Source: Octopus vulgaris (taxonomy: Eukaryota). Taken from it: a DNA stretch of 64,000 bases. Location: contig OX597833.1 of assembly GCA_951406725.2 (NCBI GenBank), forward strand, positions 34,286,001-34,350,000, written 5' to 3'. Both the position numbers and the translations under genes were made by a program. Shown in pieces: positions 24,210 to 35,699 of this stretch. How positions within the stretch are numbered: position 1 is the stretch's first letter; every line of letters begins with the position of its first letter. Below the pieces are notes generated by a model, which was not told the origin of the DNA, did not search any database, and saw nothing but the letters and a program-made list of their open reading frames with translations.

Positions 24210-24492
24210 TAAATTCTGTTTTTAAATGACCTGCTTCGAGAATTGTTTCGGTATGATGTGTTTATTTTAGTAGCTTTGACTTTAAGAGTCCCTCCTAGTG
24301 TGAGACATCTATGTGTAACAGTGCCCTCTATATAATATGAATAAATAAATTTAAAGGAAAAAAATTGATGGCTTTTTTTTCTCTTATGAGGTTTTTCACA
24401 CTAACTACTTGATAAATTCTTATGAAGATTTTATCCTATTTTTAAATTGTAAATTTAACCGGAGTATATCCAATAATGAATATATTCAATAA

Positions 24493-24723
24493 AGGCGGCG
24501 AGCTGGCAGAAACGTTAGCACGCCGGGCGATATGCGTAGCTGTATTTTGTCTGCCGTTACGTTCTGAGTTCAAATTCCGTCGAGGTCGACTTTGCCTTTC
24601 ATCCTTTCGGGGTCAATAAATAAAGTACCAGTTACGCACTGGGGCCAATGTAATCGACTTAATCACTTTGTCTGTCCTTGTTTGTCCCCTCTATGTCTAG
24701 CCCCTTGTGGGCAATAAAGAAAT
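24493..24723 (+). mobile_element. Young full-length tRNA-derived SINE with 13-bp TSD (degraded relatives ~13605-13790, 14045-14200, 34333-34520, 58690-58800, 62400-62585)
   Basis: TSD ATATATTCAATAA at 24480-92 and 24724-36; A-box-like tggcagaaacg, B-box gttcaaattcc; body gtcgactttgcctttcatcctttcgggg; CpGs retained. Confidence 0.85.
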
Positions 24724-24901
24724 ATATATTCAATAATTAATTTTTATTCTGAATAAGCATGTTGTTACTGAAATGCCATTCGAAAAAGCCTGCCATTTAC
24801 ATAGATGTGTAAGGGATAAACATTCCTACATGCTGCATTGGATACGATAGCTGTTCGCTTGGTATGTTGTTTTTGTTTATTCATTATATATCTTGAATTA
24901 T

Positions 24902-24968
24902 GCTTGCACTGAAGAGTAAAAAGTGCATAAAACTGCACCGAGTACAAAATCACAATGTGATATGCAGC
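24902..24968 (+). ncRNA. Type I hammerhead ribozyme, copy C (core mutated G12A)
   Basis: Same sequence as A/B but TTAC-GAAA has become GTAC-AAAA. Confidence 0.75.
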
Positions 24969-25149
24969 TAAATTCTGTTTTTAAATGACCTGCTTCGAGA
25001 ATTGTTTCGGTATGATATGTTTATTTATTTTAGTAGTTTTGACTTTAAGAGTCCCTCCTAGCGTGAGGCATCTATGTGTAATAGTGCCCTCTATATAATA
25101 TATATATATATATATATATGTACACACACATACATGTACGAACATACAT

Positions 25150-25295
25150 TCTATACTCTCAGAGTGGTTGGTGTTAGGAAGGGCATTGAGCTATAGAAAA
25201 TCATGCAAAATCAGACTGGAGTCTGGTGCAGTCCCCCAGCATGCCAGCCTAGTCAAACTGTCTGGACAATGGACGTTAAATGATGATGATGATAT
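25150..25295 (+). mobile_element. RTE LINE 3' end fragment
   Basis: ggtgttaggaagggcat...ggacgttaaatgatgatgat, matching the reverse complement of the 3633 element tail; similar piece at ~41790-42265. Confidence 0.65.
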
Positions 25296-25528
25296 GATGA
25301 AAGCACTGGTTCAAGTGACTACAGTCCTGTCAGTACATATGTATACAACTATGTGCTTTAACTACAACATTAGAGCTTCTTAGCTCTTATTTCTAGCAAT
25401 ATAGTTGTTCTAACACCCTAGTCATATTTAGTGACAACTATAGTTTTCCTTTTTGGTAAAACATTGCACACTACACTCTATATTAAATTATTATTATATA
25501 TGTATATACACATATACATCTCTATATA

Positions 25529-25726
25529 CAGTAATCCCTTGCCATATTGCGGTGCACCTATTGCACACTCAGTACATCATGGGTTTTTCTGGCTAATACA
25601 TGTAAATTTATATTGTGTACTCCTCAGTATATCCAGGTTTCTGTGGCTGATAAGTATTTATATTTTTTTTAGATTTTAATTATTTCTCTGGGAGGTTTTG
25701 GAACCGCGATAATTGAGGGATTACTG
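25529..25726. mobile_element. Tigger/pogo-type MITE
   Basis: TA|CAGTAATCCCT...ATTGCGGT and ACCGCGAT...AGGGATTACTG|TA. Confidence 0.75.
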
Positions 25727-25834
25727 TATACATAAATACACACATATGTGGCATGTGGTAAGAAGTTTGATTCTTGGACAAGTGTCTTCTACTATGGCTT
25801 TGGGCTGACCAAAACCTTGTGAGTGGATTTGGTG

Positions 25835-26390
25835 ACCACTAACATTTTAGGGTGCAATGGTGGGTTTGGGTAGTGTTTAGGTGACTTTCCTGTATCTAAT
25901 CACTGTCCTCTTCACCTGCTGTTGTCAAAAAGTATCCATTTCTCATCACAAGTAATGATTTGATGCAAAAATGGTCTTTTTCCAGTTGAGAAAGTGATAA
26001 GGAGCACACGTCAAGGTGTCTTTTTTTCTTTTTAATCTTGTTCAGTTGATGTGGAACAAACGTATCCGTTTTCTTGACTTTTCCAATTTTTTACAGGTGT
26101 CCAAAAACAGTTGTGCAAGATGTTTGGAGTTCTGATGAAAGTCTTTGAACCTTTATTCTTGGATTTTGTTCAACCAAAGCATTTAATCCATCATGCCAAA
26201 TAACTGGTTTTAGCCTACCCTTTGGTTTATCATCTCCTGAACAAGAGCTTTGGAACCATCTCTGAACAGTTCTAATGTCAACAAAACCATTACCAAAGTC
26301 CTGCTTGATATTCTGTAGAACTTCTGCAGCAGAGTGACCCAGTTTGTACTCATACGAGAAAATCGCTCAACATAGTTTGCTTGTTATCAT
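25835..26390 (-). mobile_element. Mariner transposase relic
   Basis: Minus: IFSYEYKLGHSAAEVLQNIKQDFG...RTVQRWF and IITCDEKWILFDN...LHPKMLVVT with stops. Confidence 0.8.
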
Positions 26391-26568
26391 TTTCTGTGGG
26401 TACGAATTTTGTATATCAATATTGCTGGGAAAGAAAAAGAGTCAAGATTAAATGCAAGGTATACATAATTGAGTTTTTAAATGACTGAAATAACAAGCAA
26501 TTAAAAATGCAACATTTCATGTGAAACAACCTAATATTTGGTACTATTCAAGTTACCATCAATTTTAA

Positions 26569-26708
26569 CCCAAAGCATCAGATTCTTACCTCCAAACTTC
26601 ACTGTTTTTGTCATGTAACATGTGTTGCTTCACTTATTAGAAAGCAAAACAACCCATGTTACATGACAAAAACAGTGAAATTTAGGGGTAAGGGTCTGAT
26701 GCTTTGGG
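26569..26708. repeat. Long hairpin (~55-bp arms, ~30-nt spacer)
   Basis: cccaaagcatcaga...cactgtttttgtcatgtaacatg / catgttacatgacaaaaacagtg...tctgatgctttggg. Confidence 0.85.
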
Positions 26709-26860
26709 GAATCATAAAAAGTGATGGTTCAAGAAAGTTGTTTAAAATTGACAATAAATTTTCCGGTTGATACTGGATAATTCAGCTAGTATATATGTGT
26801 GTGTGTTAGATAAAAAGAGAGGTTTTCGGGACATTTATAAGGAAAGAGATATAGATATAG

Positions 26861-27250
26861 TCTTGCAACTGTTTCTGGGACATTATTGATATTCCTTCAT
26901 CAGAGATGATGTGAGATGGCTAAATAGAGGTAAATGTTTGAGTTCGAAATAAAGAATTATTGTGGAAAAGGAGGTGATAGGGAATATAGAGGGAAATAAG
27001 AGAATGAAAGTAGAAATAAAATATAAAACATTGTAGTTGCAGTTCCATTATTCGAGTAAAGTGGTGTATAGAAGTGGTAAAAAAGTTTCCTGCACATGGT
27101 ATGTAAGTTCCAATAGTAGTTCATGTTTATTCATTTCTAAGTAAGGAGCTGTGGATTCTGTGTTGCTCATTCAAAGGGGTTTTGTGGTGTGAATGAAAAT
27201 TTGAGAATGAATTGGTAGTATTTGTGGATACATGGGGTGGGGGGAGATGT
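26861..27250 (-). mobile_element. Penelope-like 3' end relic with degenerate minimal hammerhead
   Basis: ORF end ...KTPLNEQHRIHSSLL*; downstream tct-CTGATGA-aggaatat...tgtccca-GAAA-cagttg-CA-aga (26906-26861). Confidence 0.5.
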
Positions 27251-28109
27251 GTATGAGCAGAATGAGGAGATAGGTCAAAATGAAGACAGGAAGAGAAAAT
27301 GAGAGGAAGAAAGAAAGAAAAACAGAAAAAGGACAAAAAAATAAGAATAAAAAGAGAGAGAGACGAAAATGTTGAAAAGAGTGAGAAAAGGAAAGAAACA
27401 ATAAAGAAAGGGTGAAAGAAGTGAAAAAAGGAGTGTTAGTTGGTGGTCAAGATAATGTGAGGAAAGGATAGGAGAGGAGGGGTGGATAGGAAGAGATGAG
27501 AAGGTAAGGAGTGAATAAGTGAGACGTGTGAGTAGGGGTGATATGATAGGGCTGTATAAAGGGATGGGTAGAAGGTATGGGTGGGGTGATACCAAAGTGA
27601 GTAGTAGTTTTAGTAGTAAAATTTAAAGTGGAGGGAAGAATACAAGGATGTTAAATTTCTATAAATAGACTGTGATAGGTAGGAATAAGAGAGGAGGAAA
27701 GAAGGTATAATGACATGTACGCATGCACATACGTAAATATACATGTGCACATATGCATACATACATATACACCCACGTATATATACATATATATATATAC
27801 ATAAACATGGATGCTCATGCACATCCATCAATGTAATCATATACATATACACACATATGCACATACATATGTGCAGGCACACATGTACTTACACAGTCAC
27901 ATGCACATGTGCATACAGGTACTTATGTATACATATATCCACATACACACACATATATATTTGCATATACATGCACACACACACAAAAAAAACAACTACG
28001 AACACTTTAATTTCACTTTGTCACAGTATATCTCATTTTACGGTGATCGTGAATTGTAAATCAGTTTCAATAAAATGGAAAGATAACTTTACTAAATCAC
28101 TAATAAATA

Positions 28110-28365
28110 AATAAATGCACCCCTTTAAAGCCAAGCCAGGCTCATGGGCCTGGTTTCCCAGTTTCTATGGTGTATGTGTTCCCCAGCTGGATGGGACGTC
28201 AGTCCATTGCAGCGTTACTCATTTTTGCCAGCTGAGTGGACTGGAGCAACATGAAATGAAGTGTTTTGCTCAAGAACACAACACGTCACCCAGTCCAGGA
28301 ATCGAAACCACAATCTTATGATAATGGTGCTGACACCCTAACCACTAAGCCACATGCCTCCACAA
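28110..28365 (-). mobile_element. CORE-type tRNA SINE
   Basis: Minus: ggaggcatgtggcttagtggttagg (A box), ggtttcgattcc (B box), gtgttcttgagcaaaacactt CORE-like segment, (TTTA)n tail. Confidence 0.7.
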
Positions 28366-29174
28366 TACAGAGAGGATAGTCAATGATAATAATTTCAAAA
28401 CTTACGACAGAGCAAAATAGATATTCCAAAGTCATGGCAACATTTGAGCTGACTAATTGAGAATTATGGGATTGTTGACATGTTTTGGTCAGAATTTTTA
28501 CGGGTCAAAGAGTCAAACCCATTCAACCATTTTGTCTATCGTGTTAGCAACATCAATTACAAAGAACTGATAGAAAGGGAAGGGAAACCAAAACATACAT
28601 TTTTCTGAAAGCATGCCTTCCGTAGTTATTTTGTCAAGATAAAAAAGAATCTTACAGGCATTGAAATGATAGTTATTGAAAGATAGGAAGTGGTGGGGAA
28701 AAAAGATTTCATTTGTGCTTTTCTTTAAGCAGCCTAGTGGAAGCAAAATGGAAACACAGCGAAGTGTCAATCTGGACGGGTTTCCTTTGAAACAAAGTAA
28801 CTATTTTAGCTCAGTTTCCAATGATTTGGACAACTTTTCAATGTGGTTATAAATACATTATGTTCTTAAATTGATTTTTGTGTTATATAAATATCAATGG
28901 ACATGCAGTGCATGACTAGCATGCCTCAACTGCACACCACTGATACATACACACTTACATACATCCACTCATACGTACCTATACACATATGTACGAGTAA
29001 CCATATGCACATATCTACACATACATACACTTGCACCCCTACACCCATACATATACACATACATGCTTCCATACTTACAATCACACATACATGTTCACAT
29101 ATACGTACATGAATCCATATGTATGTATCTACACATACATATACTTACACTTGGGTCCCCACTTACATATATTT

Positions 29175-29207
<33 letters not shown>

Positions 29208-29496
29208 CCATTGGTGTTATCCATACATATACATAAGTTATAAGATTTAGAAGAGTTGTAAACTAGAATGCTAGGCAAAGCTAGTGTAAATGGGAAATCT
29301 CTTTATACAAGGATTATACCAGGTAACACCACTGGATGAGGCAGCCCCTCATTAAAAGTTCCTGGCAGCTAGTTGCTCCTCTCTATTTTGAGCCATTTAG
29401 AGTAGGCTATTGATAACTGAAGAGAGCAACTATAAAGTAAAATTGGCTTAACAAATATCACAATAAAAGAAATAATGACTTCATATCTATATCTGT

Positions 29497-29910
29497 TTGT
29501 GTAATAGTCATGTAAGTAAATGTGGTAAGAAGAAATGCTTATATTGTAATGTTTTGGTTGATAATAAAGTTTTTAGTGGTAAGATTACAGGTAAGAAATT
29601 TATCATTAATAATAATTTACAACTAAGTTGTAAATCTAGAAATGTAATTTATTTGATTAGTTGTGATGAATGTGGTGTACAGTATGTAGGACAAACTACT
29701 CAGGAATTACATCAACATCTAAATGGTCATAGACAGTCATTTAAATTAGGTAGTAAACTTAAAATTTATGAACACTTTAGAGAGCATAGCTTAGGGTTTG
29801 AAAACTGTAAAATTCAAATAATTGGTCAAATAGTTAGAAACTTTTAGAAGAAGAATGGTATTGGACTAAGTTATTATTTAACATATATCCTCTAGGCCTT
29901 AATGATAAAA
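29497..29910 (+). mobile_element. Penelope-like (Neptune-type) GIY-YIG endonuclease fragment
   Basis: CGKKKCLYC ... SCKSRNVIYLISCDECGVQYVGQT ... HLNGHR ... IYEHF; after a frameshift EEEWYWTK...YPLGLN. Confidence 0.8.
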
Positions 29911-30299
29911 TTTTAGGTGCAGGGAACATATCTAGTAATAATGATACAGGTGGTATATATTTCTCAGAAGCAGTGGTCAGAAGGAAATGTAGCCATCGGC
30001 ACAGGATTAAAAAAAGAAATAAGGTCAGAAAGGATGTTTCTTTGGTTTGGGCTAAACTTAATGATTTATATCTCGACCATTATCTTTTTTCTTAGAGAAA
30101 TTTATGTGGACACATCCAGGCAATTCCAGCAAAAGTTTAAAAACATTCTAAATCAAATTCACCAATAGTTAATTTGAAAAATTCTTGAAATAACATGAAA
30201 AATTTAAGAAATATTAGGTTTTCTTAATAAAGCACACAACTTCTATAAGAGAAACACATTTTTATTTGCAACAATAATTTCTATAGGATCAAAAACATA

Positions 30300-32610
30300 A
30301 TGTGAACACTGAATATAGAACATTATTTTTGCATAAGAGAGGATTTAGGGGCTGTTGGGTATGTTTTATGGTTTTTGGTAAAACAAATTGTTTCTCAGTT
30401 TCATATTTTTGTGTGAATGATATTGTAATCCTAAATGAGTTTGACATCTCTTTCTGCAACATCATTCACAACAACTGTCTTCACAGGTTCTTCAAGTCCA
30501 TTTTTGTAATCAGGATCATCCTTCCATGTTGATGGAAAATCTCATGAAGAAAGTTTTTGCACCAAGAGTTGCAAAAGACAAAGACTCAATGTTTGTAAAG
30601 GATGTACCTCTTCAGTTGATATTTTCTTCTTCCTCTTCTTCACCTTTGTCTGCTTCCAGCATAACTTGAGCAATATTTGCCTTAACCTCTGTTTGAACAT
30701 TGTCATCAAATATGGATAGAGTCACAGCTTTGGGAGCTAAGTACCAGAGATAGTTGGAAAATTTTTTTTGCACCAACCTCACTGATTTCTGGATCAATAT
30801 CCTGTTAATTTATCCGTTGACACATGAATAGGAAATCATGATAAGGTGCTTTAATTGTTTCTGATAACAGAAACCAGGCTCGAATGTACACTCGAGCAAG
30901 AAAAATACATATTCTTCTTAAAGAGTTCTTCTCCCCAGGAGATAACTGAAATTGATCTTGAAACAGGTATATCTTGAATGCATAAATTGCTTTTGACATC
31001 CACCTACAGCTCCAGGTGTATGAAACAATATCCCATTCTTCGGAATGTCACCAAGAAAAATCATCATTAACTCCAACAATTTTCAGTAATCATCTTGCTG
31101 TTGTTTCTGCATAGAAAGGTGGTATTCAAGAAATCCAAGAATGGTAGAACAGACATCATTAGGCACTTCATTACTACCAGTTATGTAAACCTTCTTGTTG
31201 AGTTTCATTCAGGTTTCTCAAAATCTTTTGAAAAATGCCATGCCTGGATCAGAAGTTGCACCTGTCAGTGAGTCAAAACAGCTCCTAAAACCTAACTCAA
31301 AAATGTAATGACAGCAAAGGAAGTACAACCGTTTGTAATTGAACAATTTTTCTAGATTTGTTCAGGCACCATTTACTCGACCTGTGTTGCTTGCTGTCGT
31401 ATCACAGCAAAGTGCCTGAATTTTGTCATTTATACCCCACTACTCCACTGCTTAGTAAACAGCCATGGCTTGTTGTTCTCCTGAAGATGTTAGAATTTCA
31501 AGGACTCTCAACAATTCCATCATTTCCACAAAAAGTTCTCTTTTCTCCTTTTCCTTACCTGCAGCTCTAGTAAATTTTTTCTGTAAGCCTTTCCGTTCAT
31601 CATGGAGTTTGAGTATATTATTGTAGTGGTCAGTTCTTCTGATAGGAATTTGTGCTTTTTGCTTAAAAATGTAAACTTCTTGAATTACTAATGCTGCACT
31701 TTCCTTCATTGTAAGATTTACAACTTATACATTGTAGAAAAATACTTTTAAAACTTGTCAATTTGAGTGTAGTTTGGCTCCTACAATTTGATTGGAAATG
31801 GAACCAACAAGAGTCACATGAAAATCTTTTCTTAACTTGTGTGATGAACTACCTGAAGAAGATGATGTCATTTCACAGGTCTAGGAAGAACACATCACAG
31901 AAGCAACTTCGCACCTGTACAAACAGTTCTGAAAAAAGAAAGAAAGAATTAGTCATCAAAGGTATCATATTTGATCACAAAATATGTATACGAAGCACAT
32001 AACATTATAAAAACGTAGAAGTTATAAACATGGTATTACAACTTTGTCAGGGCTACAAACACAACAGGGGAAGATCTATGTCATGATACCCCACAACAAA
32101 ATGAACGAGTGCTTACAAGTTATTACAAATAAATTAACTTATATTTACAAGCGTGGACAAGTCATATTAGTTCACTGTTTATCACTAACACATATTTCTT
32201 AATATTTTATTTCTCTACACTACCAATTGGTGCAGTACAATTCTTTCAAAAGACAAACGCAACTCACAACCTCACTTGCTCACAGTTGGCTGCTGACTGG
32301 ATGATGGCGAGAAATATGTGCTTGCCCTATACTTGTGCTCTGTCCCCAGCTTTGCAAGTTGCCTTTCCCATTATATTTATTGTCACTTATCCTAATATGA
32401 AGAATAAATCTGAACAAGTTTTTAATTTAACAGAAAATTATATAAGAGATAAAACATTTTTATCTAAAAAAATTACTTTCTGAGCAGAAACTTCAAAATT
32501 TCAGTCTTTGCAGCTAAAATTTTGCATAGATTGTTTTTTTTTGTTAATTGGAATAAGATATGGAAGTGGGAGCTAAACTTTTAGAAAGTTGGAAATAAAG
32601 GCCACCCTAA
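30300..32610 (-). mobile_element. hATm-like DNA transposon relic
   Basis: Minus terminus TTAGGGTGGCC at 32610; fragments QKAQIP, CCDTTASNTGRVNGA, CCHYIFEL, WMSKAIYAFKIYLF, YLWYL, VVNDVAERDVKL. Confidence 0.7.
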
Positions 32611-32658
32611 TACAATATATATAAAAAGCTTACATTAATTACTAATTTCAAAAGTAAC

Positions 32659-33000
32659 GAAGGAGGCGATTGTTAACTACTACTTCTGTCAATATTTGTA
32701 AGGGTGATGTGTTGGCATGCTCAATTCAGACGTTAGGATTACCCATACGACAGACCAACAACATCAGCAATGTTGTTGACTGTCCGCTGGTGATCCTCAT
32801 GCACAAACTGATGTATTTTCCCCACATTTCCAGAGGTGATGCTCATGGCAGATCTTCCAGATCACTCATCTTCTTCCAAGAACGTTCTTCCACTTTTGAA
32901 GTGGGATTGCTGAGAAGAGAGAAAGAGAGACTAAAAGAAATGAAGGAGGCAATTGTTAACTACTATTTCTGTTAATATTTGTAAGGGTGATGTGTTGGCA
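32659..33000 (-). mobile_element. Mariner fragment bracketed by a ~59-bp direct repeat
   Basis: gaaggaggc(g/a)attgttaactact...gtgttggca at 32659 and 32942; between them EDE*SGRSA...VHEDHQRTVNNIADVVGLSYG on minus. Confidence 0.55.
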
Positions 33001-34731
33001 GAGTTTTCTTGGAACATGTTTCCTTCACAGGATAATGGAAAGAAAAACTCATTAAAACCAGTTGCTTCGTTGGGTTGGAGCTTTACTGAAATAAAGCAAT
33101 CATCTACACACTTTCTTATTCAAATAGTATTCAATCACATTTATACTCTCTCCACTTATATAGTCATTCATACATACATCAAACCAATGAAAGAGCCTCT
33201 ATGTGATTCCTTGACCTTCTAGAAATAGCAGTTAAAGCACATCCTATTCTATACAAAAATAGGAAACATCAGCTAATGCAATTCTATATAGCCCCCAAAA
33301 ATGGGATGACCTACCTTTCACCATCCATCTGATAAACTAGGGGTGACCTGTAGATTAAATAATAGCAACAACATAGCTCTGAATTTATCTGCAAATCTAC
33401 TTTCATTCTAGACTAATTCCATCTTATAAAGGCCAGTCTGTCATGTAATGTAATTTAGTATATATTTCAAGAAGAGTAAAGTATGTACAATGAGTAGAAG
33501 GTACTTCACCACATAATAAAGAAAGACCCGACTATTATTATAGAGTTTGAATTTTATATATTTCAGGAGAGAGTGCTTTATGCAGTAAGCAGGGGCACTT
33601 CACCACACAATAAAGGTTACTCTGTTAGTATATAGTAAAAATTGTTATATATTTCAGAAGGTTGGGAAGGTATTGTGGAAGTCAAGTGTTTGGTAAGTGG
33701 AGAAAAGGTAACTATTGAAGAATGGCTCAACTATTTTTATACAATATAATTTAATAGTTCAGAAATGAGTATGTGTTATGTCAAACGTAGCTGTTATAAG
33801 TGAAGGGACCTTAACTACACAAGCAGTACACTTGTGTGCATTACACAAGCAGAGAGACTGCCCTCCAGGCAGTTTTCTGCTAGTTGCCAAATGATATTTA
33901 CTCATTTTATTTTTAATTTGTGTAATTTTGCCTTTTGTACCCATGAATTTAGGGCATAATTTCAGAAGTATACCTCCTTGATTTTGTTTCCTCACAACTT
34001 TCTGAAAAATGGGTATTTTTTAAGGAAATTTTCTACAAAGAACTTTCAGTTGATGTAGATTATGTTAATATCAGAATTCAATGCAGAAAAAATGGGGAGG
34101 GCAGGGCAGATATTTCATGCATCTAGACTTTGTTTCCTCATATGTTTTGGTGATGTAAAATACAATTATGTTGAAAAAAAATTACTGTTGAAACCTGTGT
34201 GATTCTTGCTATTTCTAGCATATGAAATGACCATGTAGAAAATGGGCTACCTTTAAGTTAGTTTAAAAGAGAGAGATTAAGACTTCAGTAAAATAATGAT
34301 AAAAATAGGCTTTTAGTAATTAATGTTAGCAATAAGGTGGCGAGTTGGCAAAATCGTTAGCATATCAGGTGAAATGCTTAGCAGCATTTCATCTGTCTTA
34401 ATGTTCTAAGTTCAAATTCTGCTGGGGCTGACTTTGCCTTTCATCCTCTTGGGGGGTCGAAAAATAAGTAGCAGTTGAACACTGAGGTTGATATAATTGG
34501 CTTAGCCCCTCCCCCAAAGCTCTGCGATGTGTAATCACAGGGATGTGAGTTTGAGTCTCATGGCTGGCTACCAACACATTTTTCTGCAAAATATGGGTAG
34601 TTTATCCTGTCCATGCTATATTATTAGCATTATCCTGCACTTGAGAATAAAATTATTTCCTTATCTTTCAATACATCTCAACGCTTCTAAAGCAAACTTT
34701 GTTCACTTTCATTGTAATTTGAATTCAATTG

Positions 34732-34950
34732 GTTAAATATTCAACTAACTAATCGATTGTTTGTTTAACTTGGTTAACCAGAAGTTTTTTTGGGTTTTTT
34801 TCCCTGTCAATTTCAGTGGTAATTCTATGGCATACATTTCATCTGCATCCAGCTGAACTGAAATAAGAATTTAAAAAAAAGCAAAAACAAAACAAACAAC
34901 TTGCTGTTTAACCAAGTTAAATTAACAATTGATTAGTTGGATATTTAATC
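34732..34950. repeat. Inverted repeat (~65-bp arms), MITE-like
   Basis: ttaaatattcaactaa...tttaacttggttaaccag / ctgtttaaccaagttaaa...ttagttggatatttaa. Confidence 0.7.
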
Positions 34951-35699
34951 TAGTGACTAATAATAAAGAAGTGGAATTGAACCAGTGTGTGTGTTAATAT
35001 TGGCATAATGACTCTCCCTAGACACAACAAAATTAGTTTCAAAACAGGAATTCGCAAGAAGAATCTTGCAAACCAGATACAAAAACGAAACTGTGTGGAA
35101 ATATAAACTGAGTAAAAGCAAAGAGAAATAGACTCAAAAACAAAACAAGAACTCACAACAGCCATGGAGACTTCATTTTATCTAACAACAGGCATACTAA
35201 GTCAGACTGTTTGCACATACTTTGGTTATTTTTGTGTCAGGGGCAGGTAAGTAGGCCTGCAGTCAAAGTAAATCAACCATTAACAGAAAAGAGTTCAAGC
35301 AATAAACAGCAAATTGAGGATTACAGATTAAGGATTTCATTTCCATTAAATTACTTTTCTTCAATATTATGTTTCACTTTCAAGGGGACCTAGAAACAAA
35401 GAAATACCATAAATGCTTCATAGAAAAAATAGATTTAAAAGGAATTGTGTATTTCCTGGATCTCTTTAAACTTCAATCAAGTAATATTTGAGCTTACAAC
35501 TCTACTTACACTTTTGTTAATAAAAATTATGTCTGCAGATATAACGGCTCAAATCATTTTGTGAGAGAAGAAGGTATTTTGGATTGTAATTAAGATGTGT
35601 TGTTAGTGATGTCTTTGTGCCTCTTTTTATGCTTTGACATATTTTTCTGATTTTCTTTTATTCAATCCACCTATTTACAACCAGGAACTTACTGTAGAT

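Larger units (their letters stand above)
23449..25100. mobile_element. Hammerhead-bearing ~500-bp tandem repeat (retrozyme / Penelope pseudo-LTR-like) in two divergent partial arrays
   Basis: Period 497 (caattt(g/a)aaaataggataaaatc at 23449 and 23946); inversion junction 24079/24080; second array 24080-25100 interrupted by a SINE; both outer ends run into (TA)n. Confidence 0.85.

Noticed and set aside
28290-28365. tRNA gene (also other A/B-box heads)
   Set aside because: No full cloverleaf; continues into a SINE body and tail
29319-29370. Twister ribozyme (UAA-CAC...UAAAA-GU resemblance)
   Set aside because: Required pseudoknot pairings and the GAGGG-type segment are absent
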